DNA of 64,000 nucleotides from Eledone cirrhosa (GCA_964016885.1 OZ024753.1:43276001-43340000); one strand, 5' to 3'; shown: positions 1 through 11,405, counted from the first letter of the stretch. The notes: a model not told the origin generated them from the sequence alone. Program-made: numbers and translations.

Positions 1-160
1 TAGCAGTAAACCAGTTCTAGGACTCCTTGATAGCTACAGTTTGAAATATTAGCAGTAAACCAGTTCTAGGACTCCTTGATAGCTACAGTTTGAAATATTA
101 GCAGTAAACCAGTTCTAGGACTCCTTGATAGCTACAGTTTGAAATATTAGCAGTAAACCA
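1..160. repeat. 49-bp tandem repeat, 3 copies plus a partial, cut by the window edge
   Basis: Unit tagcagtaaaccagttctaggactccttgatagctacagtttgaaatat starts at 1, 50, 99 and 148; the copies are identical. Confidence 0.95.
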
Positions 161-924
161 TTATAATAATTTCCTGTGATAAAAAATTAATATAATTAAA
201 CAATTTTATATAAAAGTGTGATCCTTGAAGGTTCCTTAATGCACCTTACCTCACTGAGGTCTACACCCTAATCAGCTCCCAAGTTGGCCTGATGGTAACA
301 CCATCCCTGCATAAAACTGTGATTATTTTAGGTCCATTAATGAACCTCACCTTACCTCACTGAAGTCTACATATACCCCAGTCAGCTCCCAAGTTGGCCT
401 GATAGCCTAATGTTAATGCCAACCCTTATTCTTATTATGAGCTAGGTAAACCAAACCAAGGTAATGGAGAATAAAATGTTCCTGCAAAATGTTAATTAAA
501 TGCTTGCAGCAGATTAAAACTCATGATTTATGAGTAGAAAGCTTAATGTCATTTGATCCTTTCACTTCTGTATTCAGCCTTGTATGCTAAAAATAATGTT
601 TTCTTCCAGAATATGAAGAAGAAACAAAAATAGGAAAAAAAACCCAAAATTACTAAAGAATGACAGACTTGAAATATTAATATGCTTATTAATATAATCA
701 ATGGTAGTGTAGACGGGTGTAACAGAGAGAAACAAGCTTTACAGAACGCTACCATTATTTAGTGTTTTGCCAATATTTTTTGTGCATTGTGATTATTAGT
801 TTATTTGTCTCAGAGTAAGAACATATTCCAATATATCAATATTTCCACGTTAACAGATTCATACAGATTGATCTGTTCTTATCGTGCTGCACCACTATAT
901 AGATATATATTCAATGTTCTAAAG

Positions 925-1447
925 TTAACCTCCTTCATTATCATATTTCTAATGACAGACGCTGCCTATGATTTTCAAATCATTTTCAAAAATAGGCAAG
1001 AATTTAGAGGGATTTAGTTATATAACTTCTTTTTTGTTATTTAGCTGGTATTTGGAACATAACTTAACCAAGGTTCTTACATAAATTTATTTATAATAAT
1101 ATAATAATGAAATTATTGTGTAAAGTGCTCAGGAGGTTTTTAAATGAGGACTTGTCAGCAGGGAAAACGGATGTAAAATGATTAAGCATCAAAATTTCCG
1201 TTTTCTTTCATTGTTCAACACATATAAATATAAATACTTTAAAATAAACAGTTTATTATCGTAGAAACAGGGAGAGATTCAGGTGGTTTGGTATCAAAAG
1301 GGTTAAGTTGGTGTTTGGAACATAACTTAACAAAGGTTCTTACATAGAACTAATGATGGAAGGTTTTTTTTTTTTAGATAAATATAAACACTTTAAAATA
1401 GTTTATTATCGTAGACACAAGTGGTTGTTTAGTATCAAAAGAGTTAA
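925..1447 (+). mobile_element. TTAA-flanked piggyBac-like MITE (family M1) followed by a duplicated 3' half
   Basis: Starts ttaacctccttcattatc and ends ggtatcaaaagggttaa (1306); a second 3' half ends gtatcaaaagagttaa (1447). Homologous copies at about 18548, 20537, 42622 and 63604. Confidence 0.65.
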
Positions 1448-1929
1448 GCATTAAACATTGTGACATTCTTAATCCATTAGACTTTCAGCTTTCTGTTTGT
1501 CATTTCTATTATTGTTAGCCATCAGCAATGATACCTATTATTATAAGATCCACTCACTTCTGTCTATCTCTCTTTTATCTCTGCTTGCTCTAAGCCTGGC
1601 TATTTTGGCTAGTTTCGCTATGACTACTACAAGTATGATCCATTAACAGTAAAAATAGTGTCAGAGAAGAAGCTTTGAATGACTGAAAATAATATAAAAC
1701 CATTAACTTTCACAACATGTTCTTCAGTCATGCAGTTCATGCAACATTATTTCTCTTTCCAAAATAGATTTTAAATTGATTAATTTAATGATCTGAAATA
1801 TGCCCTTGACCTAAGAACAAACAAACAAAAAAATAATGAAAGGGTTAGGTGTATCTCTCTGCATTAACTCCCTACCCTTCTATTTTTAATGTTTACTAAT
1901 ACAACACCTTGGTCCAGGGGTCATGATAA

Positions 1930-2125
1930 TAATTGTTTCTACTTTTGGCACAAGGCCAGCAATTACCCCCAGTACATTACTGGTACTTTATTTTATCAAC
2001 CCCGTAAGGATGAAAGGCAAAGTTAACCTCGGCGGGATTTGAACTCAGAATGGCAAGGGGCGTAACTCTATGCTAGAAAGCATGGCGTCCGACACTCTAC
2101 CGACACTGCCAATCCCCCGCCCTAG
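1930..2125 (-). mobile_element. tRNA-derived SINE family A whose head is expanded into the adjacent minisatellite
   Basis: Minus strand has B box gagttcaaatccc, central gcctttcatccttacgggg-tgataaaataaagtacc, and tail ggccttgtgccaaaagtagaaacaatt. About 20 copies in the window. Confidence 0.9.
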
Positions 2126-3562
2126 CATGGCGTCCGACCCTCTACCGACACTGCCATTCCCCCACCCCAGCATGGCGTCCGACCCTCTACCGACACTGCC
2201 AATCCCCCGCCCCAGCATGGCGTCCGACCCTCTACCGACACTGCCATTCCCCCACCCCAGCATGGCGTCCGACCCTCTACCGACACTGCCAATCCCCCGC
2301 CCCAGCATGGCGTCCGACCCTCTACCGACACTGCCATTCCCCCGCCCCAGCATGGCGTCCGACCCTCTACCGACACTGCCATTCCCCCACCCCAGCATGG
2401 CGTCCGACCCTCTACCGACACTGCCAATCCCCCGCCCCAGCATGGCGTCCGACCCTCTACCGACACTGCCATTCCCCCGCCCCAGCATGGCGTCCGACCC
2501 TCTACCGACACTGCCAATCCCCCACCCCAGCATGGCGTCCGACCCTCTACCGACACTGCCAATCCCCCGCCCCAGCATGGCGTCCGACCCTCTACCGACA
2601 CTGCCAATCCCCCACCCCAGCATGGCGTCCGACCCTCTACCGACACTGCCAATCCCCCACCCCAGCATGGCGTCCGACCCTCTACCGACACTGCCATTCC
2701 CCCGCCCCAGCATGGCGTCCGACCCTCTACCGACACTGCCAATCCCCCACCCCAGCATGGCGTCCGACCCTCTACCGACACTGCCATTCCCCCACCCCAG
2801 CATGGCGTCCGACCCTCTACCGACACTGCCAATCCCCCACCCCAGCATGGCGTCCGACCCTCTACCGACACTGCCAATCCCCCACCCCAGCATGGCGTCC
2901 GACCCTCTACCGACACTGCCAATCCCCCACCCCAGCATGGCGTCCGACCCTCTACCGACACTGCCAATCCCCCGCCCCAGCATGGCGTCCGACCCTCTAC
3001 CGACACTGCCAATCCCCCACCCCAGCATGGCGTCCGACCCTCTACCGACACTGCCATTCCCCCGCCCCAGCATGGCGTCCGACCCTCTACCGACACTGCC
3101 ATTCCCCCGCCCCAGCATGGCGTCCGACCCTCTACCGACACTGCCAATCCCCCGCCCCAGCATGGCGTCCGACCCTCTACCGACACTGCCATTCCCCCAC
3201 CCCAGCATGGCGTCCGACCCTCTACCGACACTGCCAATCCCCCACCCCAGCATGGCGTCCGACCCTCTACCGACACTGCCAATCCCCCGCCCCAGCATGG
3301 CGTCCGACCCTCTACCGACACTGCCATTCCCCCGCCCCAGCATGGCGTCCGACCCTCTACCGACACTGCCAATCCCCCGCCCCAGCATGGCGTCCGACCC
3401 TCTACCGACACTGCCAATCCCCCGCCCCAGCATGGCGTCCGACCCTCTACCGACACTGCCAATCCCCCACCCCAGCATGGCGTCCGACCCTCTACCGACA
3501 CTGCCATTCCCCCACCCCAGCATGGCGTCCGACCCTCTACCGACACTGCCAATCCCCCACCC
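2081..3562. repeat. 45-bp GC-rich minisatellite, 33 copies, derived from the SINE-A 5' head
   Basis: Unit catggcgtccgaccctctaccgacactgcca(a/t)tccccc(g/a)ccccag. It explains the three overlapping 15-aa-repeat ORFs. Confidence 0.97.
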
Positions 3563-3604
3563 TTGCTGGAACGGCCGTCTTCGACCACGGATCTACACGA
3601 TCAT

Positions 3605-3805
3605 TAATGTTTCTGATTTAGGCACAAGGTCAACAATTAAATCGACACCACTACATTACTGGTATTTTATTTTATTGACCCCCTCTAAGGATGAAAGGCA
3701 AAGCTTAATCTTGGTGGGATTTGAACTCGGAACGTAAAGGGACTTAACTCCATGCCGCAAAGCAATTTGTCTGATGTTCTCCCGATTCTGTCAATCCACT
3801 GCCCT
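3605..3805 (-). mobile_element. SINE family A, diverged copy
   Basis: ggcacaagg...ggatgaaaggcaaag...gggatttgaactc...caatccactgccc. Confidence 0.85.
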
Positions 3806-3875
3806 AGCAGACATGATAATAGTGGGTCTCTGGAATATTAGGAAGTGTACCAAACAGCCAAAGTGCATATATATA

Positions 3876-3989
3876 CAGAGTGGCTAACTCGGACGGCACC
3901 AATGTACACATTTTTAATATATAGGCATGTATATATTTAAAATATTTACAATTATATATACATTGGTGCAGTCTTGCTTACATATTCTG
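3876..3989. mobile_element. Short Tc1/mariner-type MITE
   Basis: TA|cagagt...gcaccaatgta ... tacattggtgc...attctg|TA: imperfect TIRs of about 30 bp with TA flanks. Confidence 0.6.
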
Positions 3990-4017
3990 TATATATACTG
4001 ATATAATATATATATAT

Positions 4018-4286
4018 ATCATCATCATCATCATCACCGTTTTACGTCCGTTCTTCCACGCTAGCATGGGTTAGACGGGTTGTCCTGTTGTGGGCAGTGT
4101 CTGGTCGGCTGACCATGCCTTGCTCATACAGGAACTGATCTGGCTTGATTTCTACAGCTGGATGCCCTTCCTAACACCAACCTCATTTACAGTGAGTGCT
4201 GGGTGCTTTTTCGTGGCGCCTACACGTCCACTTTACAGTGTGGGCTGGGTGCTTTTTTGCCGTGGCACCTCCACGACCACCTTGCG
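4018..4286 (-). mobile_element. RTE-type 3' tail shared with SINE family B, ending in (GAT)n
   Basis: Minus strand gtggtcgtggaggtgccacggc...ggttggtgttaggaagggcatccagctgtagaaatc...aacccatgctagcgtggaagaacggacgtaaacggtgatgatgat. Confidence 0.85.
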
Positions 4287-4322
4287 GTGGGGGGGGGGGG
4301 GGGGGCATATTGTTTATATGCT

Positions 4323-4926
4323 TCAGCATGTACCCATGGGAGGTCGGGTACCCTGTATTACTGCGTGACGCCAGAAGTCACGGTCGTGTGTCATTGACTT
4401 TGAGAGGTGTAGTTGGGTAAGGTCGGCTTTTATCACCTCATCCCAAGTCATCTTGGGTCTCCCCACTCCGCGGTTTCCATCAACTTCTAGTGCTCTGCAC
4501 CTTTTTATGCAGCTGTCATCCTTCATACGCATCACATGTCCATACCAGCGTAACCGCCTCTCCTGCACGCAGCATTTGATTCCTCTTATGCTCAGTGTCT
4601 CTCTCAATTCATTTATGCTTTGTCGTTCACGTATATTACTGTTACACATCCATCGGAGCATGCAGGCTTCGTTTCTCTCTAATCTACGTAAGTCTTCCAC
4701 CTTCAGCGCCCAGGTCTCACTACCATGCAACATCGCTGTTCGGATACACGCATCATACAGTCTGCCTTTCATTCTGAGGGAGAAGCCTTTTGCAGCTAGC
4801 AGTGGTAGTAGTTCCCTAAACTTCTTCCATCCCGTTCTTACCCTAGTTATTGTACTTTCTGAGCACCCACCTCCGTTGCTAATTCGGTCACCTAGGTAGC
4901 AGAAGCTGTCTACTGTTTCTACAGGG

Positions 4927-4929
<3 letters not shown>
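4323..4929 (-). mobile_element. 5'-truncated RTE-clade LINE, uninterrupted RT C-terminal reading frame (about 200 aa)
   Basis: Translation VETVDSFCYLGDRIS...KGRLYDACIRTAMLHGSETW...ERRLRWYGHVMRM...GRPKMTW carries typical RTE motifs; no stop codons. Confidence 0.92.
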
Positions 4930-4987
<58 letters not shown>

Positions 4988-4991
<4 letters not shown>

Positions 4992-5330
4992 TGGCTTAGT
5001 GGTTAGAGCATTGGCCTTGCAATCGAAAGGTTGTGCATTCAATTCTCAGACCGGGTGATGTGTTGTTTCCTTGAGCAAGACACTTTATTTCACGTTGCTC
5101 CAGTTTACTCAGCTGTAGAAATGAGATGATAGGGACTGAAATCCATATCATTCCACTGCAAAGTGGTCGTGGAGGCGCCACGGCAAAAAAGCACCCAGCA
5201 CTCACTGTAAATGAGGTTGGTGTTAAGAAGGGCATCCAGCTGTAGAAATCAAGCCAGAATCAGTTCCCGTCCCACCCTTGCAAGCAGGGAAAAGCGGACG
5301 TGTAAAATGAAATGATGAAAAATGAAATGA
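4988..5330 (+). mobile_element. tRNA-derived SINE family B (CORE-like centre, RTE tail), full length
   Basis: A box tggcttagtggttagagc, B-box-like attcaattct, ccttgagcaagacactt core, tail aggaagggcatcc-like to cggacg...atgatga. Confidence 0.9.
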
Positions 5331-5383
5331 TATATATATATATATTGCTCAAGGAAACAACACATCACCCGGTCTGAGAATTG

Positions 5384-5428
<45 letters not shown>

Positions 5429-5436
<8 letters not shown>

Positions 5437-5520
5437 TAAAACATGTCTTTAGAATCACTAGATATAATATATGGTATATATTATATCTAGTGATTCTAAA
5501 GACATGTTTTATGATATATA
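5429..5520. repeat. Palindrome with arms of about 45 bp
   Basis: tcataaaacatgtctttagaatcactagatataatatat / atatattatatctagtgattctaaagacatgttttatga with a 3-nt spacer. Confidence 0.9.
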
Positions 5521-5613
5521 GCTCTGATTATTTAATTTATTAATTCTTCATTGAGCCACAACGTGACCCGTTGCAAAACACATATATATCTATGACTTTA
5601 TATATAGGTAAAC

Positions 5614-5644
<31 letters not shown>

Positions 5645-5734
5645 CTCTACTACCCTAAGTATTGAGTACTCTGGTGTGTTATGGTCCACCTGGTTCCTTA
5701 CCACAATTCCTTTGTTATATATACATATATATCT

Positions 5735-6015
5735 TCAATGCTCAGACCGGGTGATGTGTTGTTTCCTTGAGCAAGACCCTTTATTTCACATTGCTCCAGT
5801 TTACTCAGCTGTAGAAATGAGATGATAGGACCGGGGTCCATATCATTCCACTGCAAAGTGGTCGTGGAGGTGCCACGGTAAAAAAGCAGCCAGCACTCAC
5901 TGTAAATGAGGTTGGTGTTAAGAAGGGCATCCAGCTGTAGAAATCAAGCCAGAATCGGTTCCCGTCCCACCCTTGCAAGCAGGGAAAAGCGGACATAAAA
6001 TGATGATGATGATGA
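5735..6015 (+). mobile_element. SINE family B, 5'-truncated
   Basis: Near identity to 5040-5310. Confidence 0.9.
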
Positions 6016-6368
6016 TATATATTATTGAGGCTAAATAATGAGTTTTGTTACTCTGGAGTTTTGTGTTTCTCACAGAATCATCTCTGATAATAAAATAAAT
6101 ATTTAAACTCTACTTCGGTATTGAGTATTCTTTTCTCTTGGCCATCAACTACATATGGTTATATGTATATACATATGTGTGTGTCATTATAGTACAGTAC
6201 ATTACTATTATCTCTGCTAAGGTGAGATGAAGTCTATGTACATTTTAGTAATATTGAATATATATATATAGAATCCTGTAGAATCTCATCTATATTAAAA
6301 CTTTTATACTCTGCAATGTATTGAGTACCTTACTTATTGTGGTTACCTCCGATTCAACCCGGAATAAC

Positions 6369-6410
<42 letters not shown>

Positions 6411-6714
6411 CACATCTATCTATTTATTTAAGCATGTTTATAAATATGTATGTCCATGTATATTTTTGTATGTATTTATTTATGTATGTATGCATGTATA
6501 TACGCATGTATATACGCATGCATGTACGTCAATGTGTATATATATTGTGGAATCTTCTTCCTTGAGGAAGTTGAAAAGAACCTACTTTAACTTGCAAAGA
6601 TATTACAAGTAAGTGAATTGTTTATTGACATAACACAATGCCTCGAGTAATATCAAGATTTATGAACCATTTTATAAGAAACTTGTAACTTATTCACACT
6701 AATATCTCTCTCGC

Positions 6715-7322
6715 TCTATCTACCTATCTATATACCTGTCTATCTATATACCTGTCTATCTATATACCTGTCTATCTATATACCTGTCTATCTATATACC
6801 TGTCTATCTATATACCTGTCTATCTATATACCTGTCTATCTATCTGTCTGTTTGTCTATCTGAATGTCTGGCTGTTTGTTAATTTATCAATCCATCTATC
6901 TATCAATCAGCCTAACCATCCACCTTTCTATCTATCTATCTACCTACCCACCTACCTATCTACCTACCTACCCACCCACTTACCTACCTACCTACCTACC
7001 TACCTACCTACCTACCTACCTACCTACCTACCTACCCACTTACCTACCTACCTACCTACCTACCTACCTACCTACCTATCTACCCATCTGCCTGTGTGTG
7101 TGTGTGTGTCTTCTTAAAAACCTTTTGTTGTATTTATATATTCTGACTTCCACTTCTTACTCCACTTTGCTCTCTTTTCTCCCTACATCTATCTATCTAT
7201 CTCTCTATCTCTCTCTATCTCTCTCTCTATCTCGCTGTATCTCTCTCTCTCTATCTATCTCGCTGTATCTCTCTGTATCTATCTCTCTCTATCTATCTCT
7301 CTATCTATCTATCTATCTATCT
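6715..7322. repeat. Compound simple repeats: 16-bp unit, (CTAC)n, (TC/TATC)n
   Basis: tctatctatatacctg about 7 times; (ctac)n at 6940-7085; tc/tatc tract at 7190-7322. Confidence 0.9.
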
Positions 7323-7324
7323 TT

Positions 7325-7618
7325 GCTGTACCCCAGCAAATGTTATAAAAGGTGGGTGAATGTGGCAAAGATGGCCCGAGTGGTTGGGCCTTCTCTCTAT
7401 ATAAGCCTGTAGGTTAAGGAAAAAGAGGAAGAGAGGAAGGGAGTACTCACTCTTGGCGCTCCTGGAGATGAGGGTTGTACATTGTAACCCCCCCCCCTAT
7501 TGAAGATTTCAATTGTTATTTGTTATTGTATTAATAGTTTTATTTTCATATACCTGTATGTAAACTCCCCATTTGTATTTGACCCCTTCTTTTGTGCCCT
7601 TGTGGCTAATAAAGAAAT
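7325..7618 (+). mobile_element. Possible 3' end of an L1/Tx1-like LINE inserted in a (TATC/TC)n tract
   Basis: Short ORF end KCYKRWVNVAKMARVVG*, T-rich UTR and aataaagaaa terminus, with the same microsatellite on both sides. Confidence 0.35.
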
Positions 7619-8245
7619 TTATCTATCTCTCTATCTCTCTATCTCTCTGTGTATATATGTGTAAATGTGTGTGTGTGTGTGTATATATGTGTAAATATGT
7701 GCATGTGTGTATATACATGTGAACATGTATACTCTTCCAAATCTTTGAATAAATTTAGTATCTGACTGCAGAAATATTATATAACATTGCAGCTGAATAA
7801 AAGCCATAAAAGTGGGTGTAGGAACCAAGATAGACTTATCCAGAACTGGTTGTGGTCTGACTGGGAATATCTGGCAGGTATCGACATGGCCTGTGATGGG
7901 GACAGGCCCATAATAAGGCATGCAAACTTACAGAATGGAAATCTCTCATCGCCTAATGTTCCATAGGGAATAGGAATCAATCGACAAGACCCCCACCTCA
8001 TTCACTTACCGAGTGGGGTGGGGCTCGTCTAATTGGGACAATGGAAACAATGGTTCCATTGATATTTCCATTACTGATATTATCTACTGGTTGCAGTTCT
8101 TGGCAGAAGAAACATGAATTAAAATCAAGAACATAACATATCGACTAATCAGAGAATTGAACTCATAACCTCACGATTACGAATCCAAGTCTCCCACCTC
8201 TAAGCTACGAGCCCTCATTGAAAAGAACAAAAGATGATGTTGATA

Positions 8246-8438
8246 TAATTGTTTCTAATTTTGGCACAAGGCCAGCAATTATCCCAGTGTATTACTGGTG
8301 CTTTATTTTATTGATCCTATAAGGATGAAAAGCAAAGTTAACCTCGGCAGGATTTGAACTCAGACCATAAAGGGCCGTAACTCTTTGCTGTAAAGCATGG
8401 TGTCAGATCCTCTACCGATACTGTCAATTCACCGCCCT
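8246..8438 (-). mobile_element. SINE family A
   Basis: Full match to the family; gatgat...gatataat duplicated on both flanks. Confidence 0.9.
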
Positions 8439-8674
8439 TGATGATGATATAATAGCAGTACTCCAGCATGGCCGCAACCTGCTGGCTGGAATACATAAAA
8501 GAGTATAACATTACATTATTGTGTCCAATAGAATAATGTAGTTCTTTAGATAGTTATTAATTTTATGAGCGATCTGACTTACTGCGTTGTCAGCTTCCTA
8601 GACATTAGACAGAGTTTTATGTCTTTTATAGGAACTAAACTTTTTAAAAAATATATTCTATACTATATAAATTC

Positions 8675-9030
8675 AAGGTGGCGAATTGACAGTCGTTGGG
8701 ATGTCAGATGGAATGCCTTGTGGTATTCATTCTAGCTGAATTGCCTTTTATCTTTTAGAGGTCGATTTTAAAAAAAAAAAAAAGAAAAAGTACCAGTCGA
8801 AAACTGGGGGTCGAATCTTCCTCTTATATCTCTTTCTCACTTCCTCTCATATCTCTTTCTCACTTCCTCTCATATCTCTTTCTTACTTCCTCTCATTTTC
8901 TCTTCTCATTTTCTCTCCTTCTCTGGAAGAAATCTGCTATATTCATACCTGAAGAGGGATGGGCGCTACTAGGCTTAAATACCCAAGAAACGCTGTGTCT
9001 TTACAGCACCCGTATTACTCCATCAGGTGT
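8675..9030 (+). mobile_element. Old SINE-A-related variant with a pyrimidine tract and distinct tail (second copy 56490-56810)
   Basis: Both copies share ...aagtaccagtc...ctgggg-tc...ttcctct...agaaatctg...gggatgggc...cccaagaaa-gctgt. Confidence 0.6.
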
Positions 9031-9082
9031 TACGTGACCATATCATAGTTACTATAGAGTTCATTATCTTAGATTCTTAGCT

Positions 9083-9238
9083 ACAGGCATGGCTGTGTTA
9101 AGAAGTTTGCTTCACAACCACTTGATTTTAGGATCAGTGACACAGCATGGTGATACCTTAGGCAAGTGTTTTTTCCTATAGTCTCATGTTAACCAGTTCC
9201 TTGTGAGTGGGATTAGGTAGAAGAAAACTGCAGATGAT

Positions 9239-9240
<2 letters not shown>
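9083..9240 (+). mobile_element. Older tRNA/CORE SINE family D (second copy 38945-39112)
   Basis: aggcatggctgtg...aagaagtttgct...accttaggcaagtgt...ccttgtgagtgg. Confidence 0.65.
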
Positions 9241-9277
<37 letters not shown>

Positions 9278-9399
9278 GGTGTGGTAGAATACCATGTATA
9301 TATACATAAGTATATGGCAGGATATATATATGTATACATACATACATACATACATATGTATGTATGTATGTATGTATGTATATATGGAGCTCTTAAGAG

Positions 9400-9790
9400 T
9401 CAATGGCCATCCAAAATCACCGGGAGAGATGACCCCTTAGCCTTTGTCAAGGCAGAATTCTAGGAGAAGGAAAACTCTGATATAACACCTGCAACCCTGA
9501 TGGTATCCAATGATGTTGACTTGTTCTTCTTTTTGGTAAATATCATCTTGGTTAAGAGAGTGGGACTGGCTTTGTGCAGTGCCTTTGCTCACTATAAAAG
9601 CTTCACGGCACAGGCATTGCTTTATATCTGGAGATCTCTCTGCACTTGTCGTCACATGGTACCATGGGCCCAGCACTGTGTGTTAGTAATTGTCACAAGT
9701 GTAGTGTTTGTACCAGAGTTTTCAAGTCGCCGGCTGGACTAAAAAGTCACACTCGTTCAGCGCATCGGTAGGGGTTCTCCTGCATGGATA
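9400..9790 (+). mobile_element. Interspersed repeat resembling an RTE LINE 5' UTR (second copy 25590-25822)
   Basis: Both copies carry gacccct(t)agcctttgtca-ggca...ttctaggagaagg-aactc and agagagtggga-tggct...gcacaggcattgc. Confidence 0.5.
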
Positions 9791-9998
9791 TAAAGTAGTG
9801 GCCGTACTCGAAAACGAGTTGGCAGCCACCATGTATGTATGTATATGGCAGGATATCATATATATACATAAAATAACAGCATATGGAAGCGTTAAAACTT
9901 TTTTTCTACTTCATCTAACATTAAACCAATATATATCTCCATTCTACTGTATTGTTTGCTTTATTGTTTTCCATTTACGTTTTGAATATATATATATA

Positions 9999-10303
9999 AA
10001 ACAGCACAGTGACTTTCTGAAACATTTTTTCACGCTCAGAGTTGCTGAAGCATGGAGCAAACTACCTGCATCAGTTGTTAGCTGTCGAGACACTGCATCC
10101 TTTAAGGCCTCCATGCTTCCCGAGATCTGCCAACACTACAGCTAATGTTCCCCCTCCATACACATACACACATGTATACCATGACTCATACACTATTCAC
10201 TTCCCTGACATTTGTGTATTATTCTATGTACTATACATACACCTTTGACGAGTTGTAGTGCACCTGAGCACTTTACACAATAATTTCATTATTATTATTA
10301 TTA
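9999..10303 (+). mobile_element. CR1/L2-like LINE 3' end
   Basis: FLKHFFTLRVAEAWSKLPASVVSCRDTASFK matches the CR1 ORF2 C-terminal FF..RV...WN.LP..VV......FK motif; (ATT)n tail. Confidence 0.8.
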
Positions 10304-10425
10304 TATCAGTCATACAAATATGCAACTAGTCATACATTTACACACACACGCACACACACGCACACACACACACGCACACACATAATGGAACATACTTGGA
10401 CGTATACATCCACATACATAAAGAT

Positions 10426-10612
10426 AATTGTTTCTACTTTAGGCACACGGCCAGCAATTATCCAGTGCATTACTGGTACTTTATTTTATCGACCCCGTAA
10501 GGATGAAAGGCAAAGTCAACCTCGGCGGGATTTGAACTCAGATCGTAAAGGGACGTAACTATGCTGGAAAGCATGGCGTCCGACCCTCTACCGATACTGC
10601 CAATCCACCGCC
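10426..10612 (-). mobile_element. SINE family A, young full-length copy with TSD
   Basis: Direct repeat atccacatacataaagataat on both sides. Confidence 0.93.
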
Positions 10613-10689
10613 AATCCACATACATAAAGATAATGATTACCTTACATCCACATAAAGCACATAATCCTGTTAACACATACACACATATA

Positions 10690-10797
10690 GATATTTATAT
10701 ACATGTACACACACACACACACATATATATATATGTATGTATGTATATATACATGTGTGTATATATATGTATATTTATATATGTATATTTATATATG

Positions 10798-10846
<49 letters not shown>

Positions 10847-11257
10847 ATATATGTATATTTATATATGTATATTTATATATGTATATATACATATATATAT
10901 ATACACATTTATACATATATATATATATATATATATGTATATTTATATGTGTGTTTATGTGTATATATATGTATTTTTATGTGTATATATGTATATTTAT
11001 ATATGTATATATATATATATATATGTATATTTATATATGTATATATATATATATATATGTATATTTATATATGTATATATATATATATGTATATTTATAT
11101 ATTTATATATATATATGTATATTTATATATGTATATATATATATATGTATATTTATATATGTATATTTATATATGAATGTATATATATATATATATATGT
11201 ATATTTATATATGTATATTTATATATGTATGTATATATATATATATATATGTATATT

Positions 11258-11292
<35 letters not shown>

Positions 11293-11345
11293 GTATATAT
11301 ATGTGTATATATACATACATATATACACACATTTATATACACACT

Positions 11346-11398
<53 letters not shown>

Positions 11399-11405
11399 TC
11401 ATATA
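10690..11405. repeat. (TA)n-derived microsatellite complex with (CA)n end
   Basis: tatatgtatattta variants; source of the YI/TH pseudo-ORFs. Confidence 0.95.

Noticed and set aside
2081-3562. CRISPR-like array
   Set aside because: Head-to-tail units with no unique spacers, no cas genes, eukaryotic context.
2045-3737. Three ORFs of 488-555 aa with 15-aa repeats
   Set aside because: They arise because the 45-bp SINE-derived unit lacks stops in several frames on both strands; no other coding evidence.
4988-5060. tRNA gene (also other SINE heads)
   Set aside because: A and B boxes are present, but there is no complete cloverleaf and the sequence continues into a SINE body.
4996-5235. Recurring small ORF MPFLTPTSFTVSAGCFF...
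   Set aside because: Antisense translation of SINE-B, repeated wherever the SINE occurs.
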